This document shows, piece after piece, positions 8,976 through 18,700 of a stretch of DNA of 64,000 bases; position 1 is the first letter of the stretch, and each line of letters starts with the position of its first letter. The stretch comes from Klebsiella phage Miami, in the sequence record MT701590.1. One strand, 5' to 3'. The notes under the pieces are model-generated. The model was not told the DNA's origin, made no database searches, and was given only the letters and a program-made list of their open reading frames with translations. Made by a program: the position numbers and the translations under genes.

Positions 8976-10697
8976 TTATGCTACGAGTTTATTGTAAACT
9001 TTTTCGATCTCAGTAATGGTCGGGAATCTATGAAGTGTGGTACAGAGACTCAACGCATTTGCTTTAGGGCTGCTGGCGTAGTTGACTCCGACTTCCCTGA
9101 ATTGGAATCGGTTCAACCCTTCAATTTTACACGCTTCCATACGTGTTGTTTTATTTGATACGTTCAGCGCCACTGTCGCCGTAGGATAAGCACCAGTAAC
9201 GTCGATATCATCGGTCAAACCACGACCACGACTTCTGATACCCGGCATGCCGATAAAGAGCGCTTTACCCATGTCCTCGTTCTTTTCAGTCTCCAACAAC
9301 GCAATCCAATCTTTAAGATCTGGTTTAAGATCATCAAGTTCATCTTTGCTTGTCGTTCCGCGAGTACCCCAAACGTAACCGTTATCTTTAGCAACAAAAG
9401 ACAGTTCGTCGGAAATACATTTCGGCTGACTAGGATAGTTAAAGAATTCAGACGATTTCAAAAGCATAGGTAGCGAGAGACTTAAGTCATCCGTCTTTTC
9501 GTTAAGTTCTTCTATCGTGATGTTATCTTTGATGTTGTAAATGCAATATTCAAAGATATGATTCTTTTGCATATAACGGTGCCAGTCAGGTGAACCTGCT
9601 GGTAAGTGACTACCTGATTCGGTATAGAGTTTACCTTCTATCCCATTATCTTGAGCGGTGAATTCCAATCCGTAAGAATCCTTCTTACCCTGAGGAGCGC
9701 GTTTAATCGCATAGAAGGATGCGGCGTCCAACCATTGCCATGACGACATAGCTTGAACGGTAGGGAAACTTTCTTGCCACTCCAGAGGTTGTTTATCACC
9801 GTTCTCCTTGACCTTATGAGTTCTTCCTTTATTGAACCAATAATTTTGGAATTCCTCAGGAACATTCGGGTCGCTATAAACCGCAGCTGGATCAATGTTG
9901 TAAGCAAGTAATGCTTCCTCGTTCTTCTCCATATCGAACTTGGCGTTCCAAGACGCTATCCAATCTGGATGCCATTCATGCCAGCGCGCTACGTTACTTT
10001 CCACTACTTGAGCTTGGTTGTCAAAGAGCTCCCAAATCACAGTCGCGTTACGTCGTTTTAAAACATCTCCTAATAATCGCTCAGCTTCAGATTCTAAAGT
10101 CTCGATAATCTTCTTATCAGACATTCCATTAAAAATCCAACGAACTGCTGAGAAGTAAATCTTTTCTTTAAACGTAGTCGACGCCATAATGATAGAGTCA
10201 TCATTATTGTTGATCATGTTTGTTTCTACGTCATAAGCTGCCGTGGTATAAGACTCTGTCTCTTGGTATTTTGCCTGTGTCCTGAAATAGTAGTTCTTTA
10301 TGAGCACCGGAGTGGTTTGCTCACAACCGTAGACATATGGAGAGTTCTTCATAGTCAGCAGGTCGGCTTTTTTATCAGGTACCCCGTAGAGGATTCGGCT
10401 GATATTCATCGCCATACGAGCACGTGTGCTTTTAAAACTATCGCATAATCGTTTGTCGATGTAGTCTTTCTTATCTTTAAACTTACGGAATTTTTCTTTC
10501 GTGATATAAAAGTCGACAACGAGATCGGGAATACCTATCAGCGAATCAGATCGAGACCCATCTTCATGGACATTGGTTATTTTAACCAGGTTATAGTCTT
10601 TTAATTTGTCGTACCGTGATGTGCTGTATGCAACTTTTTTACAAACTTTTCCAATGATGGGAGAGTCATTTTTTTCTCCCGATCCTAGTGTAATCAT
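8976..10697 (-). CDS. family-B DNA polymerase, N-terminal fragment (3'-5' exonuclease domain plus motif A)
   Basis: Exo I 'YDVETN', Exo II 'WNAKFDM', Exo III 'YCIYNIKD', motif A 'DVTGAYPTATV' about 60 aa before the stop. No motif B (KxxxNSxYG) or motif C (DTDS). The gene ends at a terminator. Confidence 0.6.
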   Translation of the reverse strand: MITLGSGEKNDSPIIGKVCKKVAYSTSRYDKLKDYNLVKITNVHEDGSRSDSLIGIPDLVVDFYITKEKFRKFKDKKDYIDKRLCDSFKSTRARMAMNISRILYGVPDKKADLLTMKNSPYVYGCEQTTPVLIKNYYFRTQAKYQETESYTTAAYDVETNMINNNDDSIIMASTTFKEKIYFSAVRWIFNGMSDKKIIETLESEAERLLGDVLKRRNATVIWELFDNQAQVVESNVARWHEWHPDWIASWNAKFDMEKNEEALLAYNIDPAAVYSDPNVPEEFQNYWFNKGRTHKVKENGDKQPLEWQESFPTVQAMSSWQWLDAASFYAIKRAPQGKKDSYGLEFTAQDNGIEGKLYTESGSHLPAGSPDWHRYMQKNHIFEYCIYNIKDNITIEELNEKTDDLSLSLPMLLKSSEFFNYPSQPKCISDELSFVAKDNGYVWGTRGTTSKDELDDLKPDLKDWIALLETEKNEDMGKALFIGMPGIRSRGRGLTDDIDVTGAYPTATVALNVSNKTTRMEACKIEGLNRFQFREVGVNYASSPKANALSLCTTLHRFPTITEIEKVYNKLVA

Positions 10698-10775
10698 GGG
10701 CTCACCACATTTTATGAATGTTGAAGTTCTCTAAACAATTACGCTTATAGTTATTTTTAACAGAGGCCTTATTAA

Positions 10776-12101
10776 ATGATTGACGTCAGTTTTCTCCGTC
10801 CTGCTAAGGTGGGTGGGATGGAGTTTATGGATTTCCAATACACCAATTTCTTCGACGAACTCAGCAGGGCCTTTGATGACGTAATTGTCGAGGGTGAATT
10901 AAAGGAAATTCCTGATGAGGTTCTTGGGCTTGTGCGCAAGTATACCGGATTTAGCAATATCGAAATTAATTTGGTCGAGGTGGGCAATCTTGCTATTGAA
11001 GCCGGGTATTTAAATCCCAATAATGTGTTCAATATTGAGGATATTGAAAAATATCTTCCTCGATCTGAGTCTACTTTGTACCGTTGGTTTACCGGAAATA
11101 AACAGACGTTCTTTAAAGGTACAATAGATTATCAAACGGGATCCGTTGGCGGTGCTTACGCCGAACTACCCTTCCGCCTATTTGTTAATTCCCGCCTTAA
11201 TACGTTTTTATCCAAATCGTTCCTGGACAAGTACAAGGCTAGTCACGGTCAGGCGTTAGCCGCTGCATTTATTCATGAGTTGGGCCACGCATTTGGCGCG
11301 ATCATGATGATCCATCAATCAGTTTACGATGCCATCACCGTAAGAACAGCGGTTGATTTCTTTACTCGAGCTAAAACGCCTAAAGATCGCGTTACCGTAA
11401 TAAAGGATGGTTACCGGTTACTCGACCCAGATGCTAAACCCGATCAGAAAATCGAAAGCGAAATCGCGAACGCCGAAGACGGTAATGAATTCGTTATTTT
11501 TCTGTCCAAGATAGCCTCGCAACGTAACCTCAAACGCAGTTTAAGCTTGGGCGTCACTAAGATGAACTCTGAGGTTGTTGCGGACGCTTATTCGGTCAGA
11601 ATGGGGTGCGGACGATCTCTTGCCGTGGCAATAGGGTCAATAACTAAGAACAGTCATTTAGGTCAGCTTGTACTTACTTTGCTGTTGTCCCTCATGACTG
11701 CGTTTTACAGCGCTTCTCTTTCTCTTACCGTCGGCGGTGTCATGGGCGTCGGCGCCCTAGTAGTCTTCTCCTTGCTTTTTTACATGGGTAACAATACGCC
11801 GGATGTCTATAATTCAGAACACCGTAGAATGACCGACATTCTTACTCAGATGATCGGCAAGCTGAAAGATAATAAATTTATTTCAGCTCAAGATAAACAA
11901 AAGTACTTGGGTCAGATTATCGAAACTCAGAAACTCATTGATGAGAACAAACCCTTCATTGAGGGTTCCGTTTTCCAATCGATGTGGATGTGGTTAAAGA
12001 GCGGATCCGATGCTAAGTTAACCAATATCGAACATTATACTTCGCTTATTGCTAACAGCAAAACGAATGTATTGTCAGAACAATTTAATTCCCTTTCCTA
12101 G
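10776..12101 (+). CDS. membrane-anchored zinc metallopeptidase (HExxH)
   Basis: 'FIHELGHAFG' HExxH motif, plus two hydrophobic segments 'LVLTLLLSLMTAFYSASLSL' and 'VGGVMGVGALVVFSLLFYM'. Divergent from the PolB fragment. Confidence 0.5.
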   Translation: MIDVSFLRPAKVGGMEFMDFQYTNFFDELSRAFDDVIVEGELKEIPDEVLGLVRKYTGFSNIEINLVEVGNLAIEAGYLNPNNVFNIEDIEKYLPRSESTLYRWFTGNKQTFFKGTIDYQTGSVGGAYAELPFRLFVNSRLNTFLSKSFLDKYKASHGQALAAAFIHELGHAFGAIMMIHQSVYDAITVRTAVDFFTRAKTPKDRVTVIKDGYRLLDPDAKPDQKIESEIANAEDGNEFVIFLSKIASQRNLKRSLSLGVTKMNSEVVADAYSVRMGCGRSLAVAIGSITKNSHLGQLVLTLLLSLMTAFYSASLSLTVGGVMGVGALVVFSLLFYMGNNTPDVYNSEHRRMTDILTQMIGKLKDNKFISAQDKQKYLGQIIETQKLIDENKPFIEGSVFQSMWMWLKSGSDAKLTNIEHYTSLIANSKTNVLSEQFNSLS

Positions 12102-12110
12102 AGGTATGAC

Positions 12111-12509
12111 ATGTCACATTTAGCCCACACCATCACCCTGAAGAGCAAACTCTTAGAGTTGGGGGTTACTGACCCTGCGGATCAAAAACGTATTGTTGAG
12201 AACGCTTATGTTCGTGCGCTGGTAAAATACCTGTTTACCTACAAATATGTTTTCTCCGGATACACCGAAGAAGTCGAATCCAATATTTACCGCCGTCTGG
12301 CCAAGTGGAATGAGATCTCGCCTATTAACGGCCCTTTCATTGTCGAGAAACTCAAAGCGATCGTTCGCAATCTGAAAAACGAAGCGCTGGCTGGCGGTCA
12401 GTTCACCCCAATTAAAAATGCGAACGAAACTTTCGATGAACTGAGTTCGGAAGAGTTTATCAAATTGATGGACTGGTTGTTCGGAGAGATGGTGACCGGT
12501 AATGACTGA
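12111..12509 (+). CDS. hypothetical protein
   Basis: 132-aa ORF with GAGG RBS. The antisense ORF 12153-12533 is judged a shadow. Confidence 0.45.
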   Translation: MSHLAHTITLKSKLLELGVTDPADQKRIVENAYVRALVKYLFTYKYVFSGYTEEVESNIYRRLAKWNEISPINGPFIVEKLKAIVRNLKNEALAGGQFTPIKNANETFDELSSEEFIKLMDWLFGEMVTGND

Positions 12510-14007
12510 TAAAAAAGATCCTGTTGTTACCACCTATCCTTTAATTGGAGAAGGTGGTAAAGTGGTCCCGGGAGACCAAGAAGAACAATTGATCGATCTC
12601 GACGCCGCCTACAAGAAGACAGGTGAAACGAAAACCAATGAGCTTGTAGAAGGCCTGGAGCGTTACATCAACCAAAAAATTCTCGGTAAACGGGAAATGG
12701 AATTAGCTGGAGTTAAAGGAGGGGAGAATTTTGATCCCCTCCCATCCAGACGTAATGCCGTGTTGGGAGGAGAATCTTTCCTCACCGCTGTAAAAGACGG
12801 TTTTTTGAAGATCATTGATTTCATTATCAAGTTTATCAAAGGCGCCGTTAACTGGGTTATCGAACGCATTAAAGTATTACTGGGCTTTAGTAAGACAAAG
12901 GCCGAGATTAAAGCCTGCGAAGACGCCAGATCTGATATGGAGAAAGAGGTCAAATCCACCCTGTCTGGATTCGGAATCAACCCTTCTTTCTACAGCCTGG
13001 ATCAGCTGGTTGAATCCGCGCCTCGTGGTATCGATCGGGTCGAAATGATTAAATACCTTTCAGCCAAATCTAAAAACGAAACCGAGATGGCGAAAGCACT
13101 CACTGGTGTTATTCCTGACCTGACAACACTGACCCGTAAGTTAAGAGATTCTTCCGATAGCTTGACTAAACGGTACAAGCGATTCAAAGTTGTTCTGGAA
13201 GACACCCGTAAGAAATTGGCCGCTAATAGAGTTGGAGATGCTGACGCTTACGAGCTGTCTAAAGCCATCAAAGACGTTATGGTCATTTCCGAAGACTATG
13301 GAGATGTGGTCGCTTCTTTGTCTGCGGTGGTGTCTAAACTGTATGGGGTTAATCTCGATAACTCTAAAATCCTTAAAGAGGGATTTGGTGTTTTACGAGA
13401 AAATATTGCCCGAAATCGTGCGGTCGCAACCAGTAAGCTCAATCCGGAAAAACTGACCGGTCTTTACGCTGAAATCGGAACGTTAAATAACCGGATTATT
13501 TCTGAATCGGGTAATACGTTCGATTTATCTCACGTCGACACTAAAGTTCTAAAAGAAGTGGTCTCTTTGGATGACGCCAATTTCATCAATAATTTATCTG
13601 ATGTGGTCGGTAATCGTCAACTCATCGCAGACTATCAGACCATGGCGGTTTCTGTCAGGGACTTTACTGCGATTCTGGAATCGTCTTCTGCCATTTGCGC
13701 CGACATTTCCCGTGAAATTGCCAACTTCACTAAGTGGAAAAATAACGTGGATATGTACCTCGCGGTAGCGGTCACAGAAGATCTTAAACTGATCGCTTCT
13801 ACGCTGATCGCTTCTGCGGGAGCCGGGGAATATGATCTCGACAAGTTAGGTAAGAGCAAACCTGTTGTTCTACCTGAACCCGGCCTGGTCAAGAAGACCG
13901 GTTTGATCACCCAGGAAATTCTCGACGCCGATCTCCATGGTGTTACTACCGCTGTTAACAATTTTGCGAAAACTGCGGGACTCAACGTGAGGGTTAAACC
14001 ACGATGA
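12502..14007 (+). CDS. hypothetical protein
   Basis: 501-aa ORF overlapping the upstream stop (ATGA). Confidence 0.5.
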   Translation: MTDKKDPVVTTYPLIGEGGKVVPGDQEEQLIDLDAAYKKTGETKTNELVEGLERYINQKILGKREMELAGVKGGENFDPLPSRRNAVLGGESFLTAVKDGFLKIIDFIIKFIKGAVNWVIERIKVLLGFSKTKAEIKACEDARSDMEKEVKSTLSGFGINPSFYSLDQLVESAPRGIDRVEMIKYLSAKSKNETEMAKALTGVIPDLTTLTRKLRDSSDSLTKRYKRFKVVLEDTRKKLAANRVGDADAYELSKAIKDVMVISEDYGDVVASLSAVVSKLYGVNLDNSKILKEGFGVLRENIARNRAVATSKLNPEKLTGLYAEIGTLNNRIISESGNTFDLSHVDTKVLKEVVSLDDANFINNLSDVVGNRQLIADYQTMAVSVRDFTAILESSSAICADISREIANFTKWKNNVDMYLAVAVTEDLKLIASTLIASAGAGEYDLDKLGKSKPVVLPEPGLVKKTGLITQEILDADLHGVTTAVNNFAKTAGLNVRVKPR

Positions 14008-14684
14008 ACGAAACCCTAGAAAAATTGCTGAGTAACGCGCTGACCCATGACAGCGATTGGGAAGCTGACGCTCAACAATTTAAAGAAGGTATAAAGGAGA
14101 TTCATCAGCTCCTGGAACGTCGACTGGATGCCAAGCTTCTCATGGAAGCTCTCGCTTTCTTCGATGCGTGTGAAGAAACGATTATCGACGTAAGAGCCAG
14201 GATGGTAACAGGTCCTTCTAAAGTCAATAACGATCTTTTCTATAATTTCTGTAAATTTAAATACACGCAGAAAATTATGGGGATCTCAGTATTGGCGGAC
14301 GGCGTTTTAGTCGCTAAGGATTTCGATACCGCTATTGGTGCGATGGTTGATGATTTGTTTAAATCGCTTAATCAATCCACTGATAACGATCGTTTCCATA
14401 AAGCGATCTGTCTTCGTCGTGATGTGAAACGACTTAAGATTGCACTGGAAGATCCGTATACGTTTAATCTCGGTGTGGATTGGACAGTCATTGAACCAAA
14501 AGAAGATTACATTGAAGACTCGACAGATCTTGACTTCTTGAAAGAATCGAGAGAACGTCTTGCCGTCAATGAAACATCTTACGAGTTCTGGGCGATCGAA
14601 AATCGTATCCGTCAAATTACGTCGGAGAATTACATTCGTCGTTCGTTCTTAGAACGTCTTGGTCTTTACTACAAAAAAGATTAA
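14004..14684 (+). CDS. hypothetical protein
   Basis: 226-aa ORF, ATGA-coupled to the upstream gene, followed by a terminator. Confidence 0.5.
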   Translation: MNETLEKLLSNALTHDSDWEADAQQFKEGIKEIHQLLERRLDAKLLMEALAFFDACEETIIDVRARMVTGPSKVNNDLFYNFCKFKYTQKIMGISVLADGVLVAKDFDTAIGAMVDDLFKSLNQSTDNDRFHKAICLRRDVKRLKIALEDPYTFNLGVDWTVIEPKEDYIEDSTDLDFLKESRERLAVNETSYEFWAIENRIRQITSENYIRRSFLERLGLYYKKD

Positions 14685-14690
14685 TGTTAA

Positions 14691-14722
14691 ATACTCCTCC
14701 TACCCTAGGGTAGGAGGAGTAT
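14691..14722. terminator. bidirectional terminator (perfect 32-nt palindrome)
   Basis: ATACTCCTCCTACCC-TA-GGGTAGGAGGAGTAT. Same 32-mer recurs at 54122-54153. Confidence 0.6.
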
Positions 14723-14725
14723 TGT

Positions 14726-17641
14726 TTAGGATTTATGCAATTTAAAGTTTAAAGTAATATCTTCAGCAATTGTCAACAACGTGTTATTGTTGTTGTTCAA
14801 CACTTTACGAATACTGAACCCGGTCGTTGCATCTTTGTTACTAATGACATCGATGCTAGTAGACCCTGCAAACGATTCCAGTTTTATATCAACCACATCG
14901 TCACCAGAAATATCTTTAAGTGCGGAGATAAGACTGGAGTTAGAAATGGTTGAGTTGGCCAGCATGTTGTTGATAGTCTCGGGATATGTGTTAGCGAGAC
15001 TGGTCTGCAACGCATCCGACTCATACCCATTTTTGGTTAAGTAAACCGTAATGGAGAAACTGAGATCGCTCCTAATCGTCGTTTCGATATCAGCGTTGAT
15101 GATGACATCGATATTCCCGATCTTAGCTTTAGGAAGAAACTTGACTTTGGTTTCGTCCAGGCTTCGATTGTTAATCGCTGTCATATCTTGCTTGATATTA
15201 TCAGTCAGATAGGTTTTGGTCGACTCATCGAAATCTTTATCGTACGTATCGGTCGTGAAGAAGTAAGAGCCATCAAACCCTAAGAAGTCGAAGCTGTACT
15301 GCAGCTTCCTAGGTTCAACTTCCACGTTGTTACCGTCGGCGTCTTTAACAAAATCGCCGATGAGATATTTGTACGTCGGATTACCTTGAGCATCCAGAAT
15401 AGGGTCACCTTTCTTATGCAAGAAGATCGGAAGACCATCATTGCCTAAAACCAGTTTCCCTTCGGCATCACGCTGAGGATAATCTTTATCATAAGTATCC
15501 GGAACGTTATAAGTGTACTTCTGATAACGCGCGTCGCCAGTGATCGGTCGGATACGAGTGTACATGTAATCGAGGCTCTGACCTAGAGTAATGTTCCACT
15601 GCGTTTCGATAATCGCTTGCATATCAGCAGAGAAAAGACTAGAGGCGATCTTGTTGTCGCTATCTGATCTGTTCGTTGCATCATCAGTAGTTTTTAACAG
15701 AAGGAAACTGAATGCGTTAGTCAGACTACTTGGGATATTATTTGCGTCCGCGTCGTACTGAGTCAGGTTGTTAAGATAAAGCAAATCGTTGTTATCGATG
15801 TCAAAGTTGCTCGATAATACAAACTGCCAAATCCTTTCACCGGAACTGTTGACCCCTACCAATTCACCCTTAACAGATGCGAGCGCTGCTGCGTTAGCTG
15901 GGGTGAAACAGAGTTGTGCTCCGACCTCACTATCCTCCAAAGCCTTGTACTCTTTACCAGACTTACAAACAAGAGTAAAGACGTAGCCCGTTTTCGTTAC
16001 GGAGACGTTAATACTTGATACGCCGAGCTCTATCCCCAGGTTGGTGTTCTCGTATAAGAATCTCTGGTAGTTGCCGGTAGGAGAATCCATCCGGTACATT
16101 CTTAACGACGCTTGATTGTCGGTAAGATCCATGACGTAATGGAACGGAGTGTAAACCAACGCATTCCCATTGACATAGTTGGAAATAGCCTCAAACCCAG
16201 AATTCTGGATGGCGGTTAATTCCGTTAAGGGAACTATCCTGGTCGTCGTTTTCGAAATATCGAATACCGTCCTGCTCGGTATAGTGATCCGTTCGCCATT
16301 GTCAAACACCATTCCTGTCGCTACCAAATCTTCGGCACTTTGCAGAATCGATCCGATGTAGGTGTTCATGCTAGAAACCATCCCGTCTTTATTAGACTGA
16401 GCTGGAAGATCTCTGGACGCCTTGTACAGACGATTGGTGATGTAATCAATGGAAAGTACTTCGTCGTAACCACGGTCTTCAATATTGTAAGAATATTGAT
16501 TAGGGGTAATCGGTAAGCTATCCCGGCGGTTGCCGTAGATGCTCGCTCGACGAACACTTTCAAAACTACGAGGATTGGCTCCGCCGGTTACAGCGTTGAC
16601 AGTAATCCAGGCTTGGTTATTCGCACTCAACAATGGCGAGGAGTACACGCCCAATTGGTTGTTGTCGTAATTATAGTCGAGATATTCCGGTGTGTGATCT
16701 GCAACACTGATCGTTTTGAGATCCTGCTCGTAATAACCGACGGTCGTATAAACGTACAACGCGATCTTACCTACGCCCAATCCGCTCGTTATATACGCAA
16801 CCGGAACTTCATAGGTAAACGAACCGTTATCATTATCCAGGGAGATAACCAAAGTCGGTACAGTCGTATCGAAGTTGGCTTTGTTGTAACTAATAGCCAT
16901 CTCGGCAGTACTGCCGTCTGAATAAGTGATAAAGGCACGGATGGCGTAAAGATAGTTACTGAAATAAAAGGTGTCTTTAGCCAAGCCGGAGGCTGCCGTT
17001 GTCGCGATATTGAACTTAGGCGTGTTGTTCAATTGACGAACAGGAACGAGGATGCGGAGGAACTTAACGTTGCTGATAACAACGTAGTCGGTATCCAGTA
17101 CGTTCTCTGAAATTGGATTGAGCGGATTGTTGACAGTTGAATCATAAACAACGCTATGACCGCCGTGTTCCATTAAACGAATTTCGAAACCGTTTTCAAT
17201 ACTGAAGTAAGTGGAGTTAACCAAAATTCGAGTATCTTTAGGAACTAACAGTTTCCGATATTTGTTTACTACCGCCCCATCTTCTTCCTGGTAGTCAACA
17301 GCCAAACGTTTTATCTCACTCACTGGAATAAGATAAGCCATCGTTGTACTGCTAGGAACACCGAGCAAACCGTACCATTCTTCGTCAGATAGATTACGGC
17401 TGAGATCAGACATGTTCCTCGCCTGGTTTTTATACATCTGAGCAGCTGCGTCACTATGACGACTCAGCAGTGTATACGCCTCACCCACGATCATATCCAT
17501 AGCCGTGATAAATGGATGCGTGGGGCTATTAAAGGCAATGTTTTTACCTGACCATGCATCTTCGATCATGGAAAGTACGTTAGGAATAACTCGAGTGGGG
17601 TTATTCGATATTTTTTCTAAGTCGGAGTAGGAATAACTCAT
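14726..17641 (-). CDS. large hypothetical virion-type protein
   Basis: 971-aa ORF. No catalytic motifs seen. Size and context suggest a structural protein. Confidence 0.5.
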   Translation of the reverse strand: MSYSYSDLEKISNNPTRVIPNVLSMIEDAWSGKNIAFNSPTHPFITAMDMIVGEAYTLLSRHSDAAAQMYKNQARNMSDLSRNLSDEEWYGLLGVPSSTTMAYLIPVSEIKRLAVDYQEEDGAVVNKYRKLLVPKDTRILVNSTYFSIENGFEIRLMEHGGHSVVYDSTVNNPLNPISENVLDTDYVVISNVKFLRILVPVRQLNNTPKFNIATTAASGLAKDTFYFSNYLYAIRAFITYSDGSTAEMAISYNKANFDTTVPTLVISLDNDNGSFTYEVPVAYITSGLGVGKIALYVYTTVGYYEQDLKTISVADHTPEYLDYNYDNNQLGVYSSPLLSANNQAWITVNAVTGGANPRSFESVRRASIYGNRRDSLPITPNQYSYNIEDRGYDEVLSIDYITNRLYKASRDLPAQSNKDGMVSSMNTYIGSILQSAEDLVATGMVFDNGERITIPSRTVFDISKTTTRIVPLTELTAIQNSGFEAISNYVNGNALVYTPFHYVMDLTDNQASLRMYRMDSPTGNYQRFLYENTNLGIELGVSSINVSVTKTGYVFTLVCKSGKEYKALEDSEVGAQLCFTPANAAALASVKGELVGVNSSGERIWQFVLSSNFDIDNNDLLYLNNLTQYDADANNIPSSLTNAFSFLLLKTTDDATNRSDSDNKIASSLFSADMQAIIETQWNITLGQSLDYMYTRIRPITGDARYQKYTYNVPDTYDKDYPQRDAEGKLVLGNDGLPIFLHKKGDPILDAQGNPTYKYLIGDFVKDADGNNVEVEPRKLQYSFDFLGFDGSYFFTTDTYDKDFDESTKTYLTDNIKQDMTAINNRSLDETKVKFLPKAKIGNIDVIINADIETTIRSDLSFSITVYLTKNGYESDALQTSLANTYPETINNMLANSTISNSSLISALKDISGDDVVDIKLESFAGSTSIDVISNKDATTGFSIRKVLNNNNNTLLTIAEDITLNFKLHKS

Positions 17642-18672
17642 TTAGCAGTCCACCATTCTAATTCCATGGTACTTAAGTTTATCCAAGGATAAACGTTGTA
17701 TTGTTTTTCTAAGAATTCACTAGGTTGTATTTGACGATAGTAAGAGGAACGCTGGTCATCACCCATGTTCGGATTAAAGAATACGGTAGCGCCATTAAAT
17801 CCGTCAACGACCTCAAATGTATCGAACCTCGCCCCAACACTACTGAACTGAATTGTCAGTTCATCTTGTCCTTGACCGCGTCTGACAGTACTCTCGTTAT
17901 CAATCGCCGACATAGCACCCATGGGGTAGGTTACGGGGATGGATTGAACTGTCATGTACATGCTTTCTATATTTCGTAAGTTTTTGTTCATAATGAAATG
18001 ATAGATGCGACAGTCGAAATCCCAGTAGTTACCGGCCAGCGCCTCAAGAGAAGGCTCCATCTCATTATCACCTAATCTCACTTCGGGAATATAGCTTTCC
18101 CAAGTTTGGAAGATATAGGGAATAATACCTGGTTTTGGATTATAGAACGTCGTATTGATCGTCAGCGGTCCGTTCTCATCCAAAATCCCAACCGGGGCCT
18201 GATGGACCTCGTTACGAATTCCCGGATTACTTTTCCTGACTTCTAAATCTAAATCAGGGAACCCGTTACTGGCTTTACATAAGTTAGTTAGCGGCGCAAT
18301 CCAGGCTAATTTATTGTCGAGATCCGGATGCGGATAAAGGTTAGCTGAGCGATAATCCAATAACCCCCTGACATAAGCAGGAAGGCTATCAGTTTGTGCT
18401 TTATAGAAAGGGGCGAATCGAGGAGATTTTACAACGTTATCGTCTTCGAGATTTAAAACAGGGCGGGTGACGAAAAATAATCCTATGACGTTGTCTGCAA
18501 TAGGCGTCATCTGTACGCCTGGTCCCAGAATACGGATTCCCTTTAAAGTATTTGCGAGGGGTGATGTATAGGAGGAACCTCCATTTGCTGTAAACACATC
18601 ATCAAAGATGCTCAACCTGTCCGTTAGGGCTTCTCCAGTGAAGTTCTCGGAACTATTGAATTTGATATCCAT
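17638..18672 (-). CDS. hypothetical protein
   Basis: 344-aa ORF overlapping the downstream gene start by 4 nt. Confidence 0.5.
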   Translation of the reverse strand: MDIKFNSSENFTGEALTDRLSIFDDVFTANGGSSYTSPLANTLKGIRILGPGVQMTPIADNVIGLFFVTRPVLNLEDDNVVKSPRFAPFYKAQTDSLPAYVRGLLDYRSANLYPHPDLDNKLAWIAPLTNLCKASNGFPDLDLEVRKSNPGIRNEVHQAPVGILDENGPLTINTTFYNPKPGIIPYIFQTWESYIPEVRLGDNEMEPSLEALAGNYWDFDCRIYHFIMNKNLRNIESMYMTVQSIPVTYPMGAMSAIDNESTVRRGQGQDELTIQFSSVGARFDTFEVVDGFNGATVFFNPNMGDDQRSSYYRQIQPSEFLEKQYNVYPWINLSTMELEWWTAK

Positions 18673-18700
18673 TATTTATTTCCAAAAAAGAGGAACGACT

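Noticed and set aside
12153-12533. 126-aa minus-strand ORF overlapping 12111-12509
   Set aside because: Fully antisense to a plus-strand gene that sits in a coupled operon. No independent signals.
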